From positions 69,835-133,834 of the IMG/VR virus record IMGVR_UViG_3300005563_000029: DNA of 64,000 bases. The stretch is one strand, 5' to 3'. Source of the stretch: a virus. Of the stretch, positions 9,121 through 19,292 are shown piece after piece. The notes beneath the pieces are model-generated. The model ran no database searches, was not told the DNA's origin, and saw only the letters and a list, made by a program, of their open reading frames with translations. The position numbers and the translations under genes are program-made. Position 1 is the first letter of the stretch; each line of letters starts with the position of its first letter.

Positions 9121-10437
9121 ATGACCGCCAAGACGATGAAGATCCGGGTGAGCCTGACCGTGGAGATCGACCCCGAGACCTGGAGTCACACCTACGGCGA
9201 CGAGCCCGAGACTCGCGCTGAGTGGGCCGACGAGATCCGCCGCCACATCCTCAACGACATCGCCGGCTCCTCCGCCGCCGAGGCAGGCGCGATCGTCGAA
9301 GTCATCGAAACCCATCACTGACCCCAAGGCCGAAACGCCTCCGGGCGTCGCGAGGTGGGACCTCGCCTGACGATGGCCGTCAGATTCAAGAGGGGGAGAC
9401 CCGAAATGACCACCACGATCGGCTACCGGGCCCGGATCCGCTTCGCCAACGACACCGCCCCGCTGGCCCGCCTGGTCAGCGACACCCGCGCCCAGTTCGA
9501 CGCGATCGTCGAGAACGAGACCTTCGAGACGTGCGAGCTGCGCGGCCACACCGTCGCAGAGCTGTTCCTGCGTACCGATAACCGTGACGGCCAGCCGATC
9601 TACGTGTGCGAGTGGTGCGCCGACCACGAGGACGTCAGCCCCTACGAGGACTGACCTCTGCGACGGCAACCGGGCTAACCGCCCGGCGGCCGTCATGGAG
9701 ACCAGGCGTCGACCGTCAACCATCCGAGGGGGAACCGAAATGCTCCAGGGCTATTTGCGCAAGGGTGAGTCCCGCCCGGCTCTCACCGGCCGCGCCGCAC
9801 GCCGCTGCGAGGCGCGTTGCCGGGTCCGCAACACCGGCAAACGCCTCAGCCAGTACCAGCGAGCCCTGATCCTGGTCTGCAACGCTGGACGCATCGACGC
9901 CGCCGGCTACATGCGCGCCGTCGGGTTCCACGGCGAGGTTCCCGCCAACGCCCTGGCCGCCGACATCGAGTACGAGGTGCGCCGATTCTCCTCGCCGTTC
10001 GGCAGGGCCTGCGCCAAGGCGTACCGGGCCAAGTACGGGCGTGAGCCGTACCGCCACTTCCAGGCCCTGGTCGACGGCGTGTGGCGCCGCGTCATGGCCT
10101 ACGACGACGTCGCCGACCTGTACGCCGGCGCCCTCAGCTACAAGCGGATGCGCGAGCACCTCGCCACCGAACAGAACCTGAGCGCCGACCGGCGCCACCT
10201 CGCCAGCGTCTAGCCCCAAAGGAACCCACCATGTCCGAGCCCACCTACGCCCAGACAGTCACCCGCCTAGCCCGCGAGTGGCGCGCCGCCAGTGTGAACG
10301 GAGGTGAGCCGTCCAAGCAGGTGGCCGCCAGAACGTTCGCGCAGCTGGAGGACGCGGCCGAGCGTGTCGGTATCTCGCAGGACGACGCCACCGACGACCT
10401 GTACGACGAAATCAACGCCGGGCCCGTCGCCGTCTGA
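9121..10437 (+). other. operon of four hypothetical CDS: 9121-9321, 9406-9654, 9740-10213, 10231-10437
   Basis: Each has a purine-rich RBS and a strongly C/G-biased third codon position. Confidence 0.7.
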
Positions 10438-10452
10438 CCGCTCGGAGGAGCC

Positions 10453-10881
10453 ATGCCTACATACGGACCACCCACCCCGCGCCCCTGCGCGTCCTGCCCG
10501 TACCGCCGCGACGTGCCGCCCGGCATCTGGGCCCGCGAGGAATACGAGAAGCTTCCCAACTACGACGAGCCCACCCCGTTTCAGCCGCCACAGGTCTTCC
10601 TGTGCCACCAGCACGACAGCGGCACCGAGCGGGCCCCGGTGTGCGGAGGCTGGGCCGGCTGCCACGACGGCGACGAACTGCTGGCGCTGCGGATGGCGGT
10701 GTTCGGGGGCTCGATGACGGTCGAGGATGTTGAAGCTGTCCGCGACTACAATTCGCCGGTGCCGCTGTTCGCATCGGGTGCCGAAGCTGCCGCGCATGGC
10801 CTGTCGGCGTTGAGGGCGCCGGGACCGGACGCAGTGAAGGCGATTGGGAAGATCCAGCGGGCGCGGACCGACCTACGCTAA
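10453..10881 (+). CDS. Cys/His-rich conserved actinobacterial protein (DUF6283-like)
   Basis: PRPCASCPYRRDVPPGIW..EEYEKL..YD; FLCHQ; CGGWAGCH; LFASGAEAAAHG. Confidence 0.75.
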   Translation: MPTYGPPTPRPCASCPYRRDVPPGIWAREEYEKLPNYDEPTPFQPPQVFLCHQHDSGTERAPVCGGWAGCHDGDELLALRMAVFGGSMTVEDVEAVRDYNSPVPLFASGAEAAAHGLSALRAPGPDAVKAIGKIQRARTDLR

Positions 10882-10892
10882 CCGCCCTCCTC

Positions 10893-10916
10893 AAGCCCCA
10901 GCTCCGGCTGGGGCTT
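10893..10916. terminator. hairpin terminator between convergent units
   Basis: AAGCCCCAGC-TCCG-GCTGGGGCTT. Confidence 0.7.
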
Positions 10917-11028
10917 CGTTGTACCCGGAAAAGGCGGCGGCCCCCCGCGACGGTATCCATTCGCGAAGGGCCTGAATGACATAGCAAGTCATTGGTGCCG
11001 CCACTTGGTCACACCGATGGCGTTTAAG

Positions 11029-11134
11029 GACACGGATCAGTCGTAACGACGTCGCGATCTGCCTATTGATCTACACCCGCACGAGAAGCGGGTGACAGGG
11101 CTCGAACCTGCACCTCGGAGTCATCGTCCGCATC
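11029..11134 (-). ncRNA. circularly permuted tRNA-like unit 2
   Basis: GCAGG-TTCGAGC-CCTGT (T arm), CACCCGC-TTCTCGT-GCGGGTG (closed acceptor), TA, GATC-AATAGGCA-GATC (D arm), closing stem GATGCGGA/TCCGTGTC. Confidence 0.85.
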
Positions 11135-11170
11135 CGCTCGATCCGGCGATCGACGGCGATGCATGAGCTT

Positions 11171-11317
11171 GGAGCGAGAACCTGAACCTCAGTGATCCTC
11201 GATGCGCCTCTACCAATTGGGCTACCGCAGGTCGAAGTCCTGCGAGGAGGGCTCGAACCTCCAACCTCACCGAGCAACCGTCAGCCTCAGTCTCAACCTC
11301 AGCTTGTGCTCGCCGCC
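11171..11317 (-). ncRNA. circularly permuted tRNA-like unit 1 (YrlA-like topology)
   Basis: CTCGGTG, AGGTT, GGAGG-TTCGAGC-CCTCC (T arm), TCGCAGG-ACTTCGA-CCTGCGG (closed acceptor), TA, GCC-CAATTGGTAGA-GGC (D arm), G, CATCGAG; outer stem GCGAG/CTCGC. Confidence 0.88.
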
Positions 11318-11329
11318 GATCCTACCGGA

Positions 11330-12064
11330 TCACGCGAACAGGTACCCGAACACGTCCTCGCCAACGCGCTGGTCCGTGACCTCGAAGCCGTTGGCTTCCT
11401 CGCGGGCGAACTTCACGGCGTGCGCCAGCTTCTCCACCCGCGCCTCCAACTCGTGCACCCGCTCGGCCGGCAGGGCCCCGGAGAACTTCGTCGTGGTCCA
11501 GGTGCCGACGGTCACGTCCTCGAAGTACACCTCGACCTGCGCCGGGTGCTTCTCGGTGGCCTCGGCCTTGACGTGGTTGCGCGGCACCTTCCGGGTACGC
11601 ATCGTGCGGACCGGCTCGGTGCGCCACGCGTCGGTCGACGGGTCGTGCGTCCACGACTCGGACGCGTCGAGGACCGGCAGCTTCTTGATGAACGTCGCCA
11701 GGTCCGTCAGCTGCTTCTCCAGGAACAGCAGGTACGTGACTGGGGCGCCGTGGATCAGGATCTGCCCGTCGACCACCACGTCCGCGACCGCGGCGCAGTT
11801 GGCCCAGTCCTTGGTGGCGGTGACATCGAACAGCCGGGTCAGGTTCGCCGCGGCGCCGGCGAGGATCTTCTCCACCGACAACTGCACCCGCGTGGACTCC
11901 GGCGGCAGCTGCTCACCTTCCTCGTCCTTCGGCTGGTAGACCCGGGAGATACCGGACAGCAGCGCCTGCTTCTGCACGTCGTGGTGCGCGGCGGTCAGGT
12001 CCGCGTAGGACTTGGACTTCACGCCCTTCTCTACGGCGATGATTTGATTCAGCTTGGTGCCCAT
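11330..12064 (-). CDS. conserved helical/coiled-coil hypothetical protein (KLNQIIAVEKG family)
   Basis: Very clean high-GC3 ORF; KLNQIIAVEKGVKS, PVTYLLFLEKQL, EATEKHPAQVE, AVKFAREEAN. Confidence 0.9.
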   Translation of the reverse strand: MGTKLNQIIAVEKGVKSKSYADLTAAHHDVQKQALLSGISRVYQPKDEEGEQLPPESTRVQLSVEKILAGAAANLTRLFDVTATKDWANCAAVADVVVDGQILIHGAPVTYLLFLEKQLTDLATFIKKLPVLDASESWTHDPSTDAWRTEPVRTMRTRKVPRNHVKAEATEKHPAQVEVYFEDVTVGTWTTTKFSGALPAERVHELEARVEKLAHAVKFAREEANGFEVTDQRVGEDVFGYLFA

Positions 12065-12410
12065 GCCTGAAGTTCCCTTCACGGGGGTTCTGTGGGTTCA
12101 AGGCAGGTTACGCCGAAGATTGTTCGGACGTTGGGTCCATTGCCGAATCGTGTTCTGGATCGAGCGAATTCAGCAGCTCCGGGACCCCGCATGTGCACGG
12201 CCGGGCGGTGCCGCCGATGTACATACACCTGTCCAAGTGGGCCTCCTCCGCGCACAACACCAGATCCTCCAGCGTCAACAACGGCAGCCGGGGAAGACGC
12301 GGCAGGATCGGCGGGTCGGCATCAGGCACCGTCACAGGGTGACGCACAGCACTGACACAATCGGGTGAACGTCCGACCGTCGCAGGTCACGATGCCTGAG
12401 ACTGTCGTCC

Positions 12411-12959
12411 GTGACCGACCTTAGCGCCGCCTATATCGCGGCCGGCTCCGCGCTCGGGGCATCGACCTTGACCCTTTTCGGGACCTACGGCCTCGAACGA
12501 GTACGCGAACGCCGTAACGCAAAAGGAGCCCGCAGCGCGGCTAAGCTCGCCATCTACACCGACCTGCTCACCTCGACCGCCAGCGTCATCCGGGCGTTCG
12601 CGTCCATGCGATCCTTCAGCGACTTCTCGTCAAAGTGGCTCTTCGGTTGGCGCCAGTTGACGAAGACGGCGCCAGCGCAGCCCGCATACATGGACGTCGT
12701 CGCTGTGCTAGAGGAGCCGACAGGCCGGCTGATGGACGCCTGGTCTCGGGCGCTGCTGCTGTTCGACCAGGACGAAATCGACGCGGTGAACAAGCTGATG
12801 TCGGCGGCACAGCAGTTCGACTTGTCGGTGCCGCCGAACGACACGAACTCGATGGAGACGCTGCTAGGTGCGGCACGCCGGGAGTTCGCAGAGTTCGCAC
12901 GCGTCAAGCTGGGGGAGTCGGCGGCGCGGGTCGGCTTGCCTCCCGCCGACAAGGAATGA
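12411..12959 (+). CDS. single-pass membrane protein, lone plus-strand gene
   Basis: N-terminal hydrophobic helix followed by a basic stretch; probable leaderless start. Confidence 0.7.
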   Translation: MTDLSAAYIAAGSALGASTLTLFGTYGLERVRERRNAKGARSAAKLAIYTDLLTSTASVIRAFASMRSFSDFSSKWLFGWRQLTKTAPAQPAYMDVVAVLEEPTGRLMDAWSRALLLFDQDEIDAVNKLMSAAQQFDLSVPPNDTNSMETLLGAARREFAEFARVKLGESAARVGLPPADKE

Positions 12960-13316
12960 TCTCCCGCCCAACGCAGCCGCATGGCCAGAACGTCAGCTGC
13001 GCCTCGGGCAATGCCCGATCCCAGTCCGTCTGCTGGCCGCGGAACACGGTCACGTAGTGCTCGTTCACCGACTCCACTACAGAGCCACATAGCGGGCAGC
13101 GCCAAGCAAACGGGGGTGCGAACAGCGTGTCCAGCGGATGGAGTAGCGGAGGCGGCAGGTAGTCGCCGGGCACGAACAGCACGCACGGGCCGGGGTGCTG
13201 CCACAACAGGCCGCACGGCCCGTACTCGCGGCGCCAGCGCCAACGGTCCCAGTACTTCCGTTGGCTAGCAGCAATTCGGGGGCACGGGCTGTCGAGTGGC
13301 AGGTCTAGCGGGCGCA

Positions 13317-16300
13317 CTATCGCCGGGATTCCTCTGCCTGCGGCATCACCGCGGCCATCGCGCGCTCCAGCGGCCAGCCCCCGACATCATCAAGCTGCGC
13401 GGTCAGCTCGATCGCGGCCTCGACGAGAGTCCGCTGTCGGTCGCGACCCATCTCTGCGAACTGCCGCCCCAGCGGATCCGGCATCCAACGCGGCCGGTTC
13501 AGGATCACCTCGGGGTCGATCTGCTGCGCCCGGATGTCGCGCCACGGAAGCACGTCCCCCACAGACAGCGGCTCGTAGCCGTACATCTCAAACAAGCGGA
13601 CGCGATGCTGAAGGCACCCGATGGCGTCGTCGAAGCCGTAGGCCACAAGCTGCGCTTCATCAAAGATCGCCTGAGCCCGCTCGCGCGACATCCCAATCGT
13701 CGCCGCCCGGCTCAGCAGCGCCTCGTAGCGGGTGGCCTCGCCTATGGAGTACCTGCCGAGCAGCCCGACATCTAGACCGAGCGCGTCAACGTTCCTGCCA
13801 TGCATCAAAAAAGTGCCGATCTTCTGGTGCGCGCGCACCAGCTCCACCATCTCGCGCATGCGGCGGCGCGGCACTTCCTCTGTCTTCCAGCCGCACTGAC
13901 ACGTGCCCTGAATCGTGGCGCTAATCCGATTCTCGCTGATCCCGAAATCGCAACCCACAGGCCAGTCGTCGGTGCCGGCGATCACCTGTATCGGCGGCTC
14001 GAAACGCACCCAGTACTCCACCTTCTCTGGATCCGGGTGAGGCCTGCCACTGGACCAGCCGACGTGAAGGGGCTGCATATCCCGGTCGTAGACGCGGCGG
14101 ACGCGGTACACCGTGCGGTCCGGAACGTCAAACGTCATCGTGTCGATGGAACTGAAGTCCCGCACCATGCGGCCGAGATCCGGCCACGACGTGAGTATGT
14201 AGCTGGAGGCCCAGTCCGAGTTGAAACGGACCCGCTGGCCGGCGCCGGGACCGTCAACGAGGATCAACTCTGCCGTGTCATTCATTGCTCGGCCAGCGAC
14301 CATCGGGATCCTTCTGTTCGGCAGGAACGTCAGCCCACACCCGGTCACGCCATGCCCGCGACAGGTAGGGCGTCGGCGGCTCGTCGCACATCGGCAGCCA
14401 GACTGTGGCCCGCCCACAGGACGACATCCACGATTCTTCGAAGAAGATCCCTATCCCATCCTCCGAATAGCTCCAGTGGCCTCGCACTGGTGCGCGCTGC
14501 TCGGCGCGCCGCCGCTTCGCCTCAGCCCACTTTCGCAGGTTACGCCTAGTCATGTGCCGTTCCCGAGCCCCCAACAGGTCCGACGACAACGGCAACCGCA
14601 CGGAACGTGGCACATTCCCACGGCGCCGGCTTTGCCTCTTCATAGTTCTCACTGGTCATGCATTCGGTGCACTCGATCAAGTCGTAACCGACCACAGGCC
14701 GGTGCAGCTCCAAAACTGCAACGCCAACCAAGTTCCCGGCCTCAGCAAGAACAGCACGCACAGCCCGCCACCGGCCCGTAGCCGCCTCGATCGCCCCGGC
14801 AAGACGTGCCGCAAGCTCCCGGGCCTCGATCGCGGCCAGCAGCCGTTGCTGGGCGCGTTCAGCCCCCGTCGGGAAGAGATTCAGCCGCGGGAGTACCAGC
14901 TGCGGCGGCAGCACCAGATCGAACGGCTTGATCCCCGTCGAGATAACCGGTTCCGGCGTGTCCTCGGTCATTGATCACCGCCCAAAGCACGCCGCTTCAT
15001 TCGCTGCTCCCGCAGTTCAGCACCAACCACCGCCATGTCCAGCTCGACCGGCTCCGTAGATGCCGTCGTGATCTGTCGGTGTGCGACCCTGGCGCTGTGC
15101 GCGCCGTCAGCCAGTGCCAAGTGGTACGCGCGGTTCACCATGACGATGCTGTCGAAGTGCACGAAGTGCGTCCACGGAGGACCCTCAACAAGCCTGTAGA
15201 TAACTGCCTCGCCTTCGAATCGGACCTTGTCGTCGTCGGATTCGTACTCCAGCAGGTAGTCGTCGCGGATGCTCATAGCTCACTCCGCAGCCGCTCCACC
15301 CGCTGTCGGCTCCAGCAGCGATGCCGCTGTGTCAACTCCTCAACCGCTGCGCGAAGCGATCCAGACTCCGCATCCAGGCTCGCAGCCAGCAGGCGCACCC
15401 AGTCAACGGTGACCCACTGTGCATGCAGGTGCATGCAGCCGGTCACGCTCTTCTCTCGCGGCGGACAACCCACCTCGACCAGTGGGTACGAGTACCGACC
15501 CACGAGCAGATCGCAGTTCACATGCTCGGCCATGTCGTTGAACCGGCCCGGGTCGCCGGCGCGCTCGACAGCCTCGGCGGCGGTGTTCCAGCCTTCCCCG
15601 TCAACAACGATCGCCGGATCATGAGATACGCACAGGACGTGGTAGGTGCTGCTCACCCCTCGGCTCCCTTTGTGTCCTGCACAGCCTGGATCTCCACTCG
15701 CACCTGCTGAATGCCGCCGCCGAACGAGATGCGGACCTTCGGAACCGAGTTGCCGTTGGCGCCATCATCACGCGCTGCGGTCAGAACCTCCTCGAGCTCG
15801 GCCAGCGTCATGACCTTGCCGGAGGCCTCATAGGCCAGGGTCTTCTTCCCGCGCATCAGGACTCCTCGCTGCCGTACAGCTCGAACACGACCTTCACGGG
15901 CCCGTAGTTCCCGGCGACCTTCGTCCACGACTCCGGGTCGTGCCGGTCCGGATTCGTAAGCTGCGCCATCGTGAACCAGTTGCACGCCGCGCCCATGTGG
16001 GTGGCGTCGCGCCACCACTGCTGGCCGTCTTCGCACTCAACGATCGTTCCTTCGCCCGGCTCGGGGTCCGCGGAGGTCAGCCACTGCTCAGCCATCCAGC
16101 GCCTCCAGTGCTTCGTGCACTGCCACCAGCTGATCGGATGGGTCTGCGCCATCAATCTCACAGTCTGAAATGGCGCGCTGAACAAGCTGCTGCAGCAGCC
16201 GGAACCCGGGCCCGTCGACCTCGAGCGTTGTTCGGATCACTTACCCGAATGATCGTCTTGTGTTCCATCACGGCCGGGCGCCCGCCTTGCTCGGCCACGT

Positions 16301-19035
16301 GTTGCCATCCTCGTCGCCGTGGTCTCCGAGGTGTCCGCGCTCAAGCTCGCAGAACTCGCTGTCGTCGTCCTCGTAGCCACACACGACAAGCACGTCATGC
16401 CGCCGGAACGCCTCAACGATCGCCAGGTCGTCCTTGAACTCATCCAGCGACTCGTCCTCCGTGTCCCAGTCGCCGTCCTGAAGCACACCAATCAGCTTGT
16501 CGCAGACGAGCAGCTTCAGCTCGTCGCTCGCTCCGTGATCAATCAGCGCCTGAGCGATGGGGTCGAAGATGCCGTTCGCGCTAGACCAGCCCATGACGTT
16601 CTCCTACTGCTTCGGGCACGTCGGGTCCGGCTGCGCAGTCATCGCCGCGTAGGAGCCGTCCTGGTGGAACGCCACGAACACCCGGAAGCCGTGATGGTCG
16701 CACTTCTCCGACCAGTTGCTGAACCCGTCGGCGTTGTCGTACAGCTCGACCGGCGACCTGTCTCGCGTCGAGGTCGGGGCGTCGCGGAACTGTTCCTGCT
16801 GCTTCTGCGAACAACCCGAGACGCCGATGACGAACAGCACCGCCGCGACTGCGGCAAGCACGAGAATGGCGGTGCGGCGGCTGATGGTGACAGTCATTGT
16901 GAGCTTCCTTCATGGTTGGTGTTGGTCGTGAGGGTGCGCTCCAGCGCGCTGTTGAGCAAGTCGATCTCTCTGCGCAGCTCTGCTGCGGCGTCCCGGATGT
17001 CGGCCTTGCTGAACCTGCCGGGGAACTTCAGCATGAAGTCGATCTCCCGCATGCGGACGGGGCTGATCCGGTCAGGCATCGCTCGCCAGTGACCGCAGCC
17101 GCTTGTACTCGGCATTACCGGCCGCGCGGGCCGCGGCCAGGGCATCCGTCAGCGTCCTCACTGGCACGTCGTGACCGTCGGAGGCGTGCGCGAGGTCGAG
17201 CAGGAACTTCTCCAGCACCAGGTACGCAGCCGAGCGGCACAGCAACGGCTCCATCTGCCGGCGCTGCTCGGCCACCAGGTTCTGAGCGCGCTGAAGCTCG
17301 GCTTCCTTCGCCTGGATGCGTTCGTCGGCGGCTCTCGCGTGCTGCACGCCGTACTTCGCCCCGATCGTCTGGGCCTCGGCGGTGATGTACTGCTTGAGGT
17401 TCGCCGCGGTCTTCTCCACGCTGCGGGCGAGTTCCTGAACATCAACTTCAGGCATCCTCGGGCTCCTGCTCGATGATGGCGGCGCACAGCCGCTTCACCC
17501 CGTCTTCAAGGTGGAAGGCCTCATAGCGCCACCCCTGACGCCGATCCAGCACGGCAATCAGGTCGCGAACGGGCACTACGTGCTCGCGAAGCATGGACTC
17601 CCGGCCTTGGAGTCGTTCTGCCTCAGCCAGCAGCTCGCTGACCATGCATGCCGGGCAGTGGTCATCGCAGGCCCCGAGCACAACAAGGTGCTGGAAGTCG
17701 GTTCGCCGGGCGATCGTGCGGATCTCTGCTAGCCGCGCGTCCGTCATCGCCTCAGTCATCGCCGTTTCCCGCCGTCGTAGGCGGTAGTAACCGCGAACAC
17801 CACAACGACGATCAAGGCGACCGCAACGATCACGATCAAGATGGCGTTTGCCAACAGGTCGCTCACTGCCATTCCCCTTCCAGCGCCTCGGCGACCGTGA
17901 GCCGCCCGTCGGCCCCCACGTTGAACGTGCCGTCGCCGGCGAACAGGGACTTGATGTCCGCGAGCGGCAGCTGGTCAGGCCTTATCCAGCAGCTGCACAG
18001 GTCGGCGGCGCTGCACATCTCGCCGCAGGCCTCGCAGCGCCACGGCGGGCACTGGCCGCAGTGTTCGGCGGGGGTCGGGTCGGGCGTGGCCCCGTCTGGT
18101 GTCGGCGTGATGGCGCCGCAGCCGAGGCAGATGCCGGGCTGGGGTGTCTCGTTCTCGCTCGCGATCACTGGGCCACCTCCAGCTGCTCCCGCGCGGCCAC
18201 CAGCACCAGGTACCGCCCATGCCGCTCCTCGGCCGGCAGCCCCGCGTTGCGCAGGTCCGCGCACGCAAGCGCCCACTGCGCGTCGGTCATGCCGGTCTGG
18301 TACAGGTCGAGTAGGGCCTCGTAGGCCTCCTGCTCGGTGAGCGCGGACTTGGGCGCGAGCCAGTTCTGGTCCTCGATCGTGTAGACCTTGCGCACGCTCA
18401 TCGCGGTTCACCGTCCCGCCCGTCTCGCGCGGCCAGGTCGGCAGCGGCAACGCGGAACCAGTCCTTTGCGGCAGCCTCGCGGTCCTCAAAGCCGACCGTG
18501 GCTAGCGCACCGTTCATTGCGGCGCTGTGGCTGTGCCAGCCCGCTGCGAACGCGTGGCGCAGCGTCCGAGGTGAGTCGTCCCGCGCCTGCTCGACCCGCC
18601 CCAGCCGCTTCAGCTCGGCCAGGACGATGCGCAGGTGCACCGCGTCGGCGGAAGTAAAAACGTCGGGCGCACACTTCAGCAGCATCGTTAGCGCCTCGAC
18701 AGCCGCCTCGATGCTGGCGCGGTCGCTGTCGGGGGCGGTCACGGGGTGGACTCCCTTTCGATCATCTTGGCCGACCACTGGGTCGGGTGGAACTGCGACA
18801 CCTCGATCGCGTCCACAATGCGCTGGCGGTCTCGGGTCTTCGCGCCAGGCCTGCTGTTCAACGCCTCCATCAGGCCGGTACTCAGCGTCATCACTCGATC
18901 CTTCTGGCGGTCGATCGCCTCCACCACCCCGGCCTGCATCGCCTCCACAGTCACCCCGACCCAGTCCGGGTGAGCGGCCAGCGTCGAATGAACGATGGCG
19001 GCCCACTCTTGCGTCGTCATCTCCCGGGCGGTCAC
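13317..19035 (-). other. array of small hypothetical CDS: 13317-14285, 14278-14553, 14546-14971, 14968-15276, 15273-15656, 15653-15856, 15856-16095, 16268-16594, 16894-17079, 17072-17455, 17448-17759, 17863-18168, 18165-18401, 18398-18742, 18739-19035
   Basis: Mostly head-to-tail minus-strand ORFs with 1-8 nt overlaps and RBS motifs. Confidence 0.7.
16604..16897 (-). CDS. putative lipoprotein
   Basis: Signal peptide ending in lipobox-like VSGC. Confidence 0.7.
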   Translation of the reverse strand: MTVTISRRTAILVLAAVAAVLFVIGVSGCSQKQQEQFRDAPTSTRDRSPVELYDNADGFSNWSEKCDHHGFRVFVAFHQDGSYAAMTAQPDPTCPKQ

Positions 19036-19277
19036 GAGGTGGCTCCGTCGTCCAGCGTCGACAGCGCAGCCCGCGTGAAGCAGTCCTTCGCCTCCAGCAG
19101 CTTACGTAGGCCGACGGTCACCTCCGGGCCGCTCAACGTCTCGGCCATGGTGTGCGCCAGCGCCTTGCAGACGATGCCGATCTGCGCGTGCTCTCGCGGC
19201 AGGAAGTCGTACTCGATGTCATAGTCGAAAAACCGCAGGATCTCGGCGGTCGCGGGATGGATCGGGCGGTCGGTCAT
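19032..19277 (-). CDS. small helical-hairpin phage protein (candidate Acb2/Tad1-like nucleotide sponge)
   Basis: ILRFFDY...SGPEVTVGLRKLLEAKDCFTRAAL; AAGGAG RBS. CDS is solid, function is tentative. Confidence 0.6.
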   Translation of the reverse strand: MTDRPIHPATAEILRFFDYDIEYDFLPREHAQIGIVCKALAHTMAETLSGPEVTVGLRKLLEAKDCFTRAALSTLDDGATS

Positions 19278-19292
19278 GATCTGTCTCCTTCG

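Noticed and set aside
11029-11274. Ordinary tRNA gene or att-site remnants
   Set aside because: The halves are in reversed order and joined through a closed acceptor loop, there is no CCA, and no integrase is nearby.
11192-12070. Long plus-strand ORFs (292 aa, 245 aa) over the ncRNA and the KLNQ gene
   Set aside because: Antisense shadows of a high-GC3 gene. Their N-termini are translated tRNA-like sequence (GGLEPPT, LYQLGY).
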